From Minutocellus sp. GHC0000111 (lineage: Eukaryota), in assembly GCA_977018835.1 (NCBI GenBank), contig OZ361258.1, positions 1,488,001-1,552,000 of the forward strand: DNA of 64,000 bases, written 5' to 3'. How positions within the stretch are numbered: the stretch's first letter is position 1; each line of letters starts with the position of its first letter. The position numbers and the translations under genes are program-made. The notes under the pieces are model-generated. The model saw only the letters and a program-made list of their open reading frames with translations. It did no database searches and had not been told where the DNA came from. Positions 33,813-44,087 of this stretch are shown here, in pieces.

Positions 33813-34487
33813 CTACAACAACGCAGACAGAGCCTTTGCAATACGCTGCATGTCTTCGACTTCCTTCTTTGATTTCTCGATATACACCGCGGGAGGAGTT
33901 GGCTTGCCCGATCCTCCCGCAAAGTTTGCACTGTATGCCATGGAATCAGCCGCTGCCAATCTCAACATAAACTCATCACTCTGCTCGGTAAATTCGACCA
34001 AATCTTCAGCTTCCTCTCGCAATGCCTTGAGGGCCTTATCGATCTGAAATAGCGGAGAGGTGGTTCCCTGCGTTCCAAGTTCCACGCGTATGGCATCGCC
34101 GCCCTTCTTTTCCAGACTGGACCAATCACTGAGCATGGCATCGATCACACCAACAGACTTCTTCCATTGATCTTTCGCTGCATCGGCAGACATCGCAAAT
34201 GCTGGCTTAGGTGTTGATGCCAAAGCCCCTGCGCAAATTCCAGCCCCCGTTAAAGTAACAGGTGCCTGAAAAAGCAAAGATCTTCGCGAAAGAGCTGACG
34301 CATGGTGCCCCTCGGGACTTTGCGACGACGCTTCAAGTCTCGATCGGCTCATCACTGTTCCTTCATGACGACACGCATGCGTATGCGATCGACGGGCACC
34401 AACAGCGACAACTCGCGGTTGCCAGCCAAAAACTGCCACCGGCGTCAGCAGAAGCATTGCCAGATAAATTGAATGCGCCTTATTCAT
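33813..34487 (-). CDS. Hypothetical thylakoid-lumen protein (tripartite presequence)
   Basis: Signal MNKAHSIYLAMLLLTPVAVFGW, twin-arginine SRRSLLF, hydrophobic stretch and AFA cleavage site, helical mature domain. Confidence 0.75.
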   Translation of the reverse strand: MNKAHSIYLAMLLLTPVAVFGWQPRVVAVGARRSHTHACRHEGTVMSRSRLEASSQSPEGHHASALSRRSLLFQAPVTLTGAGICAGALASTPKPAFAMSADAAKDQWKKSVGVIDAMLSDWSSLEKKGGDAIRVELGTQGTTSPLFQIDKALKALREEAEDLVEFTEQSDEFMLRLAAADSMAYSANFAGGSGKPTPPAVYIEKSKKEVEDMQRIAKALSALL

Positions 34488-34898
34488 GTTTTGCTCGGTC
34501 AATTGGAATGGAGACGCCTCCGAGTCAGTGGCACGGCAATACGAGTAGAGTAAGCGCAAGCCTCGCTCGTCTTGCGTCGAGAAAAATGAGTTGGCTTGCA
34601 CCGAGAGGGAATTGAAATAATAAAATAGGAAGCTCCCTTTTCTTTGGCATAGTTTCTGTTGCGTATTATCGACGCATGTGGCGCACTGACGAGGCACCAT
34701 ACCACACGAGTGACCACGCGCTCATGCCGGAACGCAACAACGCAACAACGCAAGCCAACGCAACGCCAACAGAAGCTGCCAACTGCGAGCTGCCAACAGA
34801 GGCGCAACGCAACGCGCAAGAAAGCAGGCGGAGCAGCCAGGCGAGAGGCGTACACGTAGGCGGCGTCGCACCGGCGCCCTCATTTTTGGTCTTGCACC

Positions 34899-36938
34899 AT
34901 GGCCAACGGTGACGGTGCTGGAGCCGGCGCCACTGCGGCAGCCCAGCCGGACGGCCAGGGAGCCGCCCAGCAGCCCAACTTCCTGCAAGATGTGGCAAAG
35001 ATGATGTTTTGGTTCATTTGCTTCCAGAATCTAGCTGGCTTGGCGCAGAAGAAGGGATGGCTCCCCAGCCCCGACATGCCCAAGCCACAAACACCCCAGG
35101 AGCGCTTCCAGCAGGGTCGCGACGATGCGGCATCGCCGGCGGGAGCTTCCCATCAGCAACACAACCAACAACAATTTGCAATGGGGCGACCAACCTGTCT
35201 TTGGTCGCCCGGTGCGGATATGAGCATCCACGTGTTTTTAAGTGATAGGGACACCTTCGATGTGCCGGCAAAATACAAATACAGCAATCGTCCCGACGAT
35301 ACTCCTGCAAAGCTTAAGGAGTCTCTTGCCGAATGGCACGAGGCGGGGCTTTCCTTGTATGATGCCGAAATGAAGCGTTCGGTCAACATTACTGTGCCCC
35401 TCTCGAGGACCATTCGATACAACGAAACACAGCTTTACGCTCACGTGCGGCTGGTTCGTCATCTCGGGGGGGATGGGGCTTCATCGGGCAAAGACAATGA
35501 TGGTAGCAAAGGCGGGGTCAGAATGGTTGATGTTCTGAGCAAACGATTCAATATTACCAAATATCGATTGCGGAGAAAGGTGCGGGATGAAAAGAGTCTG
35601 CTGGGTGGCAGCGATGCGGATGACAATACTCAAGCCAAGGAAGTGGATGAATCAGATGATTCACCTCTTACTCTGGCGGGGCGTGATACTGCAAACGATC
35701 AGTTGCTTCTGTATGCCACACCCTCGCTCACCCTGCAAGTGGTGGATATGGGCAAAACACCACAATTCCCGAACCGACAGAGCATCCCCAAGCAGTTTGG
35801 TGATCACATGAATTGGCTTGATGAGACATCCACCGGCTTCTACCCAATTCTGTATAGCAGTCAATTCTGGGTGACAAAATCCATGTTATATTCGATCAAT
35901 GGGTCAACTCCAGAAATCTCGCTCGAGATGGCATTAGAGCCCGTGAGTATGTGGAAATGGCAGCTAATGAGCCAGATGGAGCAAAGTTGGAAGCAGCAGG
36001 AAGATTTTATGGGAGATGAAGACGCTTCTGGTTCAGATATGTTCAGGACGATGCTATTGGAGACGAATCCATTCTTGCTAGCGGTCACGGCGATTGTGAG
36101 CATCATCCATACCGTGTTTGATATGCTGGCATTCAAAAATGATATTAGTTTCTTCAAGAACAAGAAGTCGATGGAGGGCCTTTCGATCCGATCCATGATT
36201 GTCAATGCGTCTTTCCAAGTCGTGATCCTGGCGTATCTGTATGACAATGAGACCTCAATGATGGTCTTGGTTAGCAATGGCCTTGGGCTTGTCATTGAAT
36301 TTTGGAAAATTAGCAAGGCAGTGACTGTGTCTTACGCCGATGGTAAAATCCAGTGGGAAGAAACCAAATCCTACACGCAGAGCAAAACCAAGGAATACGA
36401 TGAGATTGCAATGAATCATTTGCTTTATGTGACGTTCCCCCTGGTGGCAGGGTACGGATGTTATAGCTTGATCCACCAGCAGCACAAGGGGTGGTACTCG
36501 TGGATCCTGAATACTCTGGTTGGATTCATTTACATGTTTGGTTTTGTTACAATGACCCCTCAGCTATTCATCAATTGCAAGCTGAAGAGTGTTGCTCATC
36601 TCAACTGGCGTACCATGACGTACAAATCGATAAATACTTTCATTGATGATCTCTTTGCATTTGTCATAAAAATGCCCATTATGCATCGACTGGCATGGTT
36701 GAGAGACGATGTTATCTTCTTTATCTTTCTTTGGCAGCGATATAATTTTAGGACTGATTATTCGAGAGTGAATGAGTTTGGACAGTGTGCCGAGCCGACC
36801 GAGGAAATGATTCGAGAAATGGAAAAGGAAAAGGCTGAAAGTGAAGGAAATGCACAGGTCTCTGAGGCAGATCGAGAAGAAGAGGTACCGAAGTCCACGA
36901 CCATTCGGCAAAGACGTGGTGCTAGAGATAAAAGATAA
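34899..36938 (+). CDS. CLPTM1: CLPTM1-family membrane protein
   Basis: LLETNPFLL...FDMLAFKNDISFF, TKEYDEIAM, HKGWYSW, MTPQLFINCKLKSVAHL, NTFIDDLFAFVIKMP, RVNEFG. Confidence 0.92.
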   Translation: MANGDGAGAGATAAAQPDGQGAAQQPNFLQDVAKMMFWFICFQNLAGLAQKKGWLPSPDMPKPQTPQERFQQGRDDAASPAGASHQQHNQQQFAMGRPTCLWSPGADMSIHVFLSDRDTFDVPAKYKYSNRPDDTPAKLKESLAEWHEAGLSLYDAEMKRSVNITVPLSRTIRYNETQLYAHVRLVRHLGGDGASSGKDNDGSKGGVRMVDVLSKRFNITKYRLRRKVRDEKSLLGGSDADDNTQAKEVDESDDSPLTLAGRDTANDQLLLYATPSLTLQVVDMGKTPQFPNRQSIPKQFGDHMNWLDETSTGFYPILYSSQFWVTKSMLYSINGSTPEISLEMALEPVSMWKWQLMSQMEQSWKQQEDFMGDEDASGSDMFRTMLLETNPFLLAVTAIVSIIHTVFDMLAFKNDISFFKNKKSMEGLSIRSMIVNASFQVVILAYLYDNETSMMVLVSNGLGLVIEFWKISKAVTVSYADGKIQWEETKSYTQSKTKEYDEIAMNHLLYVTFPLVAGYGCYSLIHQQHKGWYSWILNTLVGFIYMFGFVTMTPQLFINCKLKSVAHLNWRTMTYKSINTFIDDLFAFVIKMPIMHRLAWLRDDVIFFIFLWQRYNFRTDYSRVNEFGQCAEPTEEMIREMEKEKAESEGNAQVSEADREEEVPKSTTIRQRRGARDKR

Positions 36939-36947
36939 AAATCAAGT

Positions 36948-37050
36948 GTGCATAGGTTCATTGTGGAGTCTACAAAACTCAGTGCATAGGTTCATTGTGG
37001 AGTCTACAAAACTCAGTGCATAGGTTCATTGTGGAGTCTACAAAAAAACT
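36948..37050 (+). repeat. Three near-perfect tandem copies of a 34-bp unit in the CLPTM1 3' region
   Basis: GTGCATAGGTTCATTGTGGAGTCTACAAAACTCA at 36948, 36982 and 37016, with no spacers. Confidence 0.9.
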
Positions 37051-37256
37051 CTGTACCGGTACCATTAGACTCTACCTCCAACCGGTGCAAGCCTCGCGCT
37101 CAGCCAGCCGCCGCCCGCAGCAGCAGCAGCATGCAGCCATGCTTGCTGCCGCCAAGCGGGTGGCGGCCAGACGCTTCCAAATAATAGGGCTGGATCGGAT
37201 GGCGGATGAGCAGACGATAAGATGTCAGTCAATGTGCAAATGAATGCAATAGCAGG

Positions 37257-39218
37257 ATGAGCGCCTCGGTGTCCGCCTCCGTCGCCCAGACGGCCAGAGA
37301 TGCGCTGAATGCCAAGTCATCTGCCCTATCTGTCGGCTATAAGCCCGTGTGGCCCCTTGCGGATCTGTACGGGAAGCTGATGGGCCGTGTCAACACTGCT
37401 CTCGCAGAGGACAACGATGCAAACGACACAAGCAAACGAGACCACAGGAACAAGGGCAAGAAAAGACCACCCTTCCGACGCCAAACCCCGTTGGTGAATG
37501 CCGGTTATGCGGCGAGAATGGCGGCGGTTAGTCATACTGTGGGTCGCTTTGTTCAGGCTCACCATGGCGACCTCCGTCGTGCCGACGGCGATTGCGCTGG
37601 TAGTGAGAATGACCGCAACCCAACTTCACAACCAAGACCAATCAATATCGTTCTAGTGGGTTGTGGCTTGGAAATTTTGGGCCTTTGGGCATCGGCATTG
37701 TCAACGTGTCCATCTCTAGTCTGCATATACGAAATTGATTGCGATGAAATATGCCAATTGAAACGCCGTCCTCTGATTGAGACCGGGCTCATAACTGGTG
37801 CTGAACGTCAGCGACCGGGAAGTGCCGTAGTTCTATCTGGGGCGACCAACTTTTATGCACTGAAACCATCTCAAAACCAAAAGAAGAAAGCAGAAGATGG
37901 TGATATACCGGCCGGCGGTTCCCACTATTCTCTCGTGTCGGCTGATTTGCGCAATGTATTTTCTGTTCGAAGAGCATTGCAAGAAGCCAAATTCGATGAC
38001 GGTTACCCTACCATGGTCATTTCGGAGCTGGTTATGGCATATCTTGGACAATCGTATGCGGATGAGTTCTTACAATATGTTGCCTCAGAGGTTTGCATTT
38101 GTAAGGAAAGTATGTTCTTTGCTTACGAGCCCATGGGAACAGAATCATCGGCGCCAGATCACCCTTCGGTATTGTCTGACTATGTCGACGACTATTGTAC
38201 CAAATTTCGAGAAAAGTTGAACCGCGGCCGTCACAACAAGGATTCTGAGCAAGGGGATGCCGATGCATGTGATGTTATAGGGTATGGAGGCAAGGATATT
38301 TTATCTCGTTCTGTCAAGTGTGACTTTGACGGCCCGATGGGCTCCTGCCCTGCCTTGATATCTGCGTCTCTTGCTTGTGAGGGCAGTATGGTAGCGAAGG
38401 AGCACTTCGACGAGCATGCGGACTTGGCCATGCATCTTCATTGCTATGGCACAGTGGTTGTATTCTCTTGTGGTACTGATAGACTATTTGCGCAATCCGT
38501 TTGCCCGTGGCTGAAAACTCCCGCTGCAACAACTCTCAATTGCCGACCAAGCGATGTATTTGAAACTATCGAGCTAAACGATGGTACTCGTATCGATATT
38601 TCGCCAATTAAGTGCAAAGACCAGGAGGAAGTCAGGAATATATTTCAGTCAACGTATGAATTCTTGTATGATGAATACCCAGCGGTACGAAAACTCGTGA
38701 AGAATTCGCTCAAGACGGATTTGAGCGGACGCCATTCTGATTTGGCAAACAGCATCAAAGGATCGTCTGCGATTAATGAGAGGTATGGTCGAGGTGGCGG
38801 AGGGTTTTGGGTGGCAACGACAGGAAAGGACCGAAAGGTAATTGGCTGCGTCGGCATTCGGCCATTTGCATCAAATAATGCCTGCGGCGCAGCACCAATC
38901 CGGGCTCATCTGTCATCGACAGAGCCGAAGACCAAGGAAGTGAGGAAATATGAAGTCCAGAGGCTCTTGGTTGACGCTGAGTATCGATCGAGGGGCATCG
39001 GAAAGGCCCTCATGAATTTCGCCGAGAATTTTGTAGCGATGAATGTTGCAGAGGTGGACGAGTGTAGGATGGTCGCTACAACATTCTCCGCCCTTGAAGA
39101 AGCGAATGCGTTTTACAAGGCAAGAAACTACAATTGTGTCGAGGAAAAGATGGTAGGCAAGATGCTTATGAATACATATGAAAAGGTAATCATCAAGCGC
39201 GATGTGAAAAATTCTTAG
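37257..39218 (+). CDS. Leucine carboxyl methyltransferase (LCMT/PPM-like) fused to a C-terminal GNAT acetyltransferase
   Basis: VAQTARDALNAKSSALSVGY, TPLVNAGYAARM, IVLVGCGLE, LVSADLR, PTMVISELVMAYL, EHFDEH; then FWVA...VIGCVGI...EVQRLLVDAEYRSRGIGKALM...ANAFYKARNY. Confidence 0.85.
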   Translation: MSASVSASVAQTARDALNAKSSALSVGYKPVWPLADLYGKLMGRVNTALAEDNDANDTSKRDHRNKGKKRPPFRRQTPLVNAGYAARMAAVSHTVGRFVQAHHGDLRRADGDCAGSENDRNPTSQPRPINIVLVGCGLEILGLWASALSTCPSLVCIYEIDCDEICQLKRRPLIETGLITGAERQRPGSAVVLSGATNFYALKPSQNQKKKAEDGDIPAGGSHYSLVSADLRNVFSVRRALQEAKFDDGYPTMVISELVMAYLGQSYADEFLQYVASEVCICKESMFFAYEPMGTESSAPDHPSVLSDYVDDYCTKFREKLNRGRHNKDSEQGDADACDVIGYGGKDILSRSVKCDFDGPMGSCPALISASLACEGSMVAKEHFDEHADLAMHLHCYGTVVVFSCGTDRLFAQSVCPWLKTPAATTLNCRPSDVFETIELNDGTRIDISPIKCKDQEEVRNIFQSTYEFLYDEYPAVRKLVKNSLKTDLSGRHSDLANSIKGSSAINERYGRGGGGFWVATTGKDRKVIGCVGIRPFASNNACGAAPIRAHLSSTEPKTKEVRKYEVQRLLVDAEYRSRGIGKALMNFAENFVAMNVAEVDECRMVATTFSALEEANAFYKARNYNCVEEKMVGKMLMNTYEKVIIKRDVKNS

Positions 39219-39289
39219 TTCAATAATGTGCAAAACATTTGTTTTAACGTAACGCAATGTTTAAACACTACCCCAGTGGCCATACCACA

Positions 39290-40736
39290 CTAAGACATGT
39301 TCTTGATGCGATCGTCAAGTGCGGCAACGTTGCTTTCAACGGCCGCTGCATTGGCCTTCCACCCATCCTCGACCTTGGACACAGCCTCCTCAACGCCGCG
39401 GAGCAGCCGCTCGGCTTCCCTGGTAGCGTTTTCCACTGATGTCAGACGAGTCGCAAAGGTCGATGCCTGCAGATGCAAAGCCGATAAATCCTGCAGACGC
39501 GACGTGATGGCTGGCAGATGAGACGATATACCCTCCAGATCTTGCAGCTGCGTGTGCAGGTCGGCAATCGTTTTGGCATCGCCGGCCGACAGAGTTGATA
39601 GGGCCGCCGATAACTTAGTCTTGGCCTTGGCGGCTGCCTCAAGATCGGCTCTGCGTGGCAAGGAAATTTATGAATAAAAATACCTTGAGAAGGTTGTGGA
39701 TAAATGAAAGGCCATGGCGGAACTTGGAACAAATAAATAAAGAAGACACACACTCTTACCTAATAACCTTGGCCCTGGCGGCGGCAGCATCCAACGCCTT
39801 GGCATCGACTCGACCGGCCATCTTCTCGGCCTCCTCCAACCGTTCCAGCACCGTCCGTCCCGAACTGACACCGCCACTAGAAACACCAGCTGCCATGGCA
39901 GCGGCGAGGGATGATTGGGACGCGCCTGTTCCACCGGCAGTGCTGCTGCCCACCGCCCTCTCGATCCGCCCCAGCCGTTCCTCGATGGACGCCTCCGATG
40001 CCGCGGTTGCCGCCGAGGTCGGTCCGACGTGGCCCGTAGACGACGAGGCGTACAGCTCGTAGACGATGCCACCACCACCACTGCCACCACTTTCGGATGC
40101 ACTGGCAGTATCGGAAGATGCCGCTGATGCCGAGGTCTGCTCCATCTTGGTGAGCTCTTCCCGAACAAGTCTGGTGAGGTTGTCACTCAACGTCTTGCCA
40201 CTACCGCCTGCTCCGGGGGCGATGCCGTGCTTATTGGACATGACCTCCAAGCGTGACGACAAATCTCTCGCCAGCTTGGCCAATTCCTCGTTGGACACGC
40301 CTGCTGCCGGGGAGCCTGCCCCTGCACCACCAGTAGCGGAGGAGGCGAGGTCGCGCTCCAGCTCGGTCAGCTCGGCCGACAGACGCGCCAACCGGACCAG
40401 AGGCGGCTCGACCGCCAAGCCGGCAGCAGCACCGCCGGCAGCGCTGCCGGCGACCAGATTCCCCGCGGCGGTAGCTGCAGCAGCCGAACCCGACCGACGG
40501 CTACCACCGGCGGGACGCAGATAGGCCCTGCCGCCAAACACCTCAAAAGCGTCGGTGGGGCTCATGGACTCCGAGTCGAGGATGGCATTACCATCGTCAT
40601 CTGGTGCTGGGACGTCCTGGCGTGATTTAATGGGAGGAATAGGGGCGGGAAGGGGCGGGAGGCCGTCGGACGAGTAGATGGCCTCGCCTCCCGCGGCATC
40701 GGCGCCGGAGGCGGCGGTATCCTTGCTGCTCGTCAT
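39290..40736 (-). CDS. DCTN2: Dynactin subunit 2 (dynamitin/p50)-like coiled-coil protein; intron 39759-39651
   Basis: EPPLVRLARLSAELTELE, IVYELY, IEERLGRIERAVG, LPAITSRLQDLSALH. The splice is in frame (VIR/ADLE). Confidence 0.75.
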
Positions 40737-40968
40737 GGTCAAACGAAAAAAATGAGCACATGGTGCAAATGGTATATGTTTCTGAACCTTGTAAAAAAGA
40801 AAGTGATGTGCCAAAATCACAACCATGGCCACTCATTGCGAACAAGCAGAGGTGAAGAGCGCGGTATTGACTACCAGCAAGGGGCCGAGGCCAGAGAGTG
40901 CGCAATTAACTGAGCACTGCGTGCATATCTGCCGTCTATGGTCTCTTTACTGCAAAGTGACACATAAC

Positions 40969-43900
40969 ATGTCACAGTCAGCAGACGACGGCGATGCTGA
41001 TGCCTCGCCTCCTGCCGCCGATGCCGCCGCTTCCCGCCGGCGCCACCGTCACCGACCGCGATACGAGCAGCTCGGAGCACCGACCCTCCTGCATCGGCAT
41101 GTGCCATCTTACACCTTCGATGCCAATAATGATCACATTATCCCACCCAAGCCGCAGTGGGAGGCCAAGGCACCGCTGGAGATCGCCCAGGCGCGATCCC
41201 AAAAGCTGGAGCAACGTCGGCACGCCCAGGCGCAAAGCTTTGTGGCCGATCGTGAACGCCTCGGTAGAGCCAAGATGCGTCATCACGCCGGGGCCATGCT
41301 CCAGCTGGCCGGCCGGTACGATGAGGAGCACTACAGAGAGCTGAATCAGTCGCAATCACAATCACAATCGCAATTGCAGCCATCCATAGTGACCGCGACG
41401 AAACGCCGTCGACGTCGAGACGAGGCATTACCAGAATATTGCGCCCCATTTGGAAACGATCTCGTCGCTTGGGGGGTGGAGGACGATCAACAGCAGCGAT
41501 TGTTGGTAGGTTCGACAGAGGAAGGAGGAATGCCAAAGAGCCGACTCAAATACTACGGCCTTGCGCGGAACGAGGCCGAGGAGGAGCTGATCGTTCCGTC
41601 CATTTGCAGAAAGGTTCCGCCATCTCCTGCCGATTATGGCAACTGTTTGCTGGTATTGCCATGTTGCTGTCCGTCATGCAAGAGTTCGCAGAAGAAACCT
41701 GGTGAAGAAGAAGAGGGAGAGAATGATAGTCATAACTGCCGGGGCTGGTTTGTTGTCCATCCAAGTGGGGATCGGTTGGATGCAATTGCGGTGACGAGGA
41801 TTGAACTGCCAAGACTTGCAAGTTCAGGAGGAAAACAAAACAAGAAGAAAGTTGAGGTACCCATCGGAGAGCGAATACTCCAGGCTGTGCAGTGCGGAAT
41901 GAACAAGGGTTGGAATGATGGGGAGGATGGTACCAATGGTCGCATTTTGCTGCTGCGGACCCAGTCTCGATGCCTCATGGTGAAATGCTCCTGGATTGAT
42001 TCAAGTGAGTCATCTGCTGATACTCAAGGCTGTTGTGGTGGTCATCTTTCGCTTTCGATAGCAACATCGTTGGACTATTTTGGAAATAGATCAAGACAAC
42101 AGGGAGTTCACGGATTTGCTCCAATCCACGTCGCTGCGAGTCCATATAGTACGGGAACAAGTACCTATGCGCCGGCAGTGTTTGCCATTCTTTCGCATTC
42201 TACATTGCCGACATCAATGGAAAGGCATGGCACTTTGTCCGAGTCGTCGGCTGAGCCAAAGCAGAATGTTGTTCATCGAGTCATTTCGAATGGCAATAAC
42301 TATCACTCAAGGCGGAGTGAAGAGCCTTCAATCCAGCTTCATACCATTGATAAGCTTTGTTTCATATCACAAGTTGAGTTCACTCGTTCCCACCCAATGG
42401 TACTCTGTGCATCGGGCCGATCAAGCGTGATGCACAAACCGGGCCTTTACCATCATGGAAAGGCTGCCAAAATGATGAAACGACCACTTTCGGGGCGGGG
42501 GACGAATCTTTATTCTGTCGATTTGCGGTCAAATGATGCGACTGTGGTTTTCAATCCATCTCACGCTGAGCGTATGGTTGATGGCTTGCATTCGATAAGC
42601 GCTGTACTTCCCGACCAATGCAGACAGCACAGAGTATTTGTTCAGAGTATTTCTGCTGGATCAAAGGTATGGGAAATCGATGATCGAATGCCAGGGAAAT
42701 CGCTGTGTAGCTGGTCCTTGCCGGGCTTGTGTGATGACTGGGGTGTTGCGGGAAGGCGCGGTGGTCTACATGGTTGGGGTACGTTGCTTTCTCAGCCCGT
42801 TGCATCCGTAGGCAGGTATGGCTCAGCAGCCGAATCAGATACTCATGACTTGCCACTTTTGGGTTTGAGCAAATCGTACGGAACAAGTCATTTGGGGATA
42901 TATCAGAGGCCTGAGGTTTATCCAAGATTTTGCACGCAGTCGTTCGAGGCTTCTTGCCATAATGCGTCCTCTGGGAGTTCCGGATTTGCCCTTGGATCCT
43001 CCTTTCCTTTGCCTGATGTTTCTGAGAATATATTCAATTGTGGCGTTGCAGCCTTCAAAACAAGTATTGGTTCTTTCCTCAAAACAACTGACATCGATAC
43101 TACTCTCGGCAAAGATTATCCGGGCGGCATTCACGACGAGGCGTTGTGTATCATTTCCTTGACGAGCAGAGGCGATCTTTATGGGCATGCACTCATCGAT
43201 TCTTACCACAGTAGACCACGCATCGCCCAGTCTTTCGGTGCAATCTGTCCTGGTGGCTGCGCCATTCCAGTTCCTGAAAAGGCTGCGGATGAAATTGGTG
43301 ACATAGGAGAGGACGCGCTCTCGATTAGCGGCGGGTTCCATTGGAGACTCTGCAATGATTTTCCGATTCAGAGCAGTGGGATTTTGCCGCAACCTAGATC
43401 AAAGGACGACGTTCGACCACCAATGACGTTTAGCCGACGCCTCATCTCTTCGAATACGGATAAGAGAAAGCTGTCGGTAAAGAAATTTAAGCCCATTGGT
43501 CTATCAGCTGAGGTTTCGGAGCTTTTGCCCTTGACTCAATACGAACGGGAGAAAAGTTCAGACATGGGAAACCAAGAACAAAAGTCTACCAGCAGAACAA
43601 CAAAGAAGATCAAGTTTACAGGCTCGGAGGGAACTTTGTCTCATTGTAGTGATTCGTCTTTGCTAGTGGCACAACCGGGCGTTGTGAATCCGTTCTCGAT
43701 CGATACAGCCCACACATCGCTTTCGGTCAACACTGAAAAGGCATGTTCAATAATATCTGGAAAGGCACAAAAAGATTCAGCCAGCGATGATGAGGAATCT
43801 GATGCCGAGTTCGACGAAGAAATGGAGTTTGGACAGACATCGCTTACTAAGTTCCGAGGCGATTGGGCACGTGGAGTCGCAATCAAGGGGAAAAGCAAGG

Positions 43901-44010
43901 CACAAATCGCGGAGGGGCTTCGTGGCCCTGGACGAAGGCTGCCAATGTCAAGCTATCGTCTTGCTGCTTCGACAGGATCTTCTGATGACGAACAGATCGG
44001 TTCGATTTAA
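40969..44010 (+). CDS. Large hypothetical protein, possibly TAF1C/RRN6-like beta-propeller (Pol I initiation factor)
   Basis: 1013-aa ORF with beta-rich middle (LYSVDLRSN, VWEIDDRMPGKSLCSWSL, IISLTSRGDLYGH). The family assignment is tentative. Confidence 0.6.
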   Translation: MSQSADDGDADASPPAADAAASRRRHRHRPRYEQLGAPTLLHRHVPSYTFDANNDHIIPPKPQWEAKAPLEIAQARSQKLEQRRHAQAQSFVADRERLGRAKMRHHAGAMLQLAGRYDEEHYRELNQSQSQSQSQLQPSIVTATKRRRRRDEALPEYCAPFGNDLVAWGVEDDQQQRLLVGSTEEGGMPKSRLKYYGLARNEAEEELIVPSICRKVPPSPADYGNCLLVLPCCCPSCKSSQKKPGEEEEGENDSHNCRGWFVVHPSGDRLDAIAVTRIELPRLASSGGKQNKKKVEVPIGERILQAVQCGMNKGWNDGEDGTNGRILLLRTQSRCLMVKCSWIDSSESSADTQGCCGGHLSLSIATSLDYFGNRSRQQGVHGFAPIHVAASPYSTGTSTYAPAVFAILSHSTLPTSMERHGTLSESSAEPKQNVVHRVISNGNNYHSRRSEEPSIQLHTIDKLCFISQVEFTRSHPMVLCASGRSSVMHKPGLYHHGKAAKMMKRPLSGRGTNLYSVDLRSNDATVVFNPSHAERMVDGLHSISAVLPDQCRQHRVFVQSISAGSKVWEIDDRMPGKSLCSWSLPGLCDDWGVAGRRGGLHGWGTLLSQPVASVGRYGSAAESDTHDLPLLGLSKSYGTSHLGIYQRPEVYPRFCTQSFEASCHNASSGSSGFALGSSFPLPDVSENIFNCGVAAFKTSIGSFLKTTDIDTTLGKDYPGGIHDEALCIISLTSRGDLYGHALIDSYHSRPRIAQSFGAICPGGCAIPVPEKAADEIGDIGEDALSISGGFHWRLCNDFPIQSSGILPQPRSKDDVRPPMTFSRRLISSNTDKRKLSVKKFKPIGLSAEVSELLPLTQYEREKSSDMGNQEQKSTSRTTKKIKFTGSEGTLSHCSDSSLLVAQPGVVNPFSIDTAHTSLSVNTEKACSIISGKAQKDSASDDEESDAEFDEEMEFGQTSLTKFRGDWARGVAIKGKSKAQIAEGLRGPGRRLPMSSYRLAASTGSSDDEQIGSI

Positions 44011-44087
44011 TAACCATCGAAGCTAAAAGAAAGAAGGTAGCTAGTGATAGCATTTGACTAACTTAATTAGGCTTTTGTTGCATTGAT

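Noticed and set aside
36948..37050. 34-bp repeats of CRISPR-like length
   Set aside because: Head-to-tail with no spacers, no cas genes and a eukaryotic context; a simple tandem duplication.
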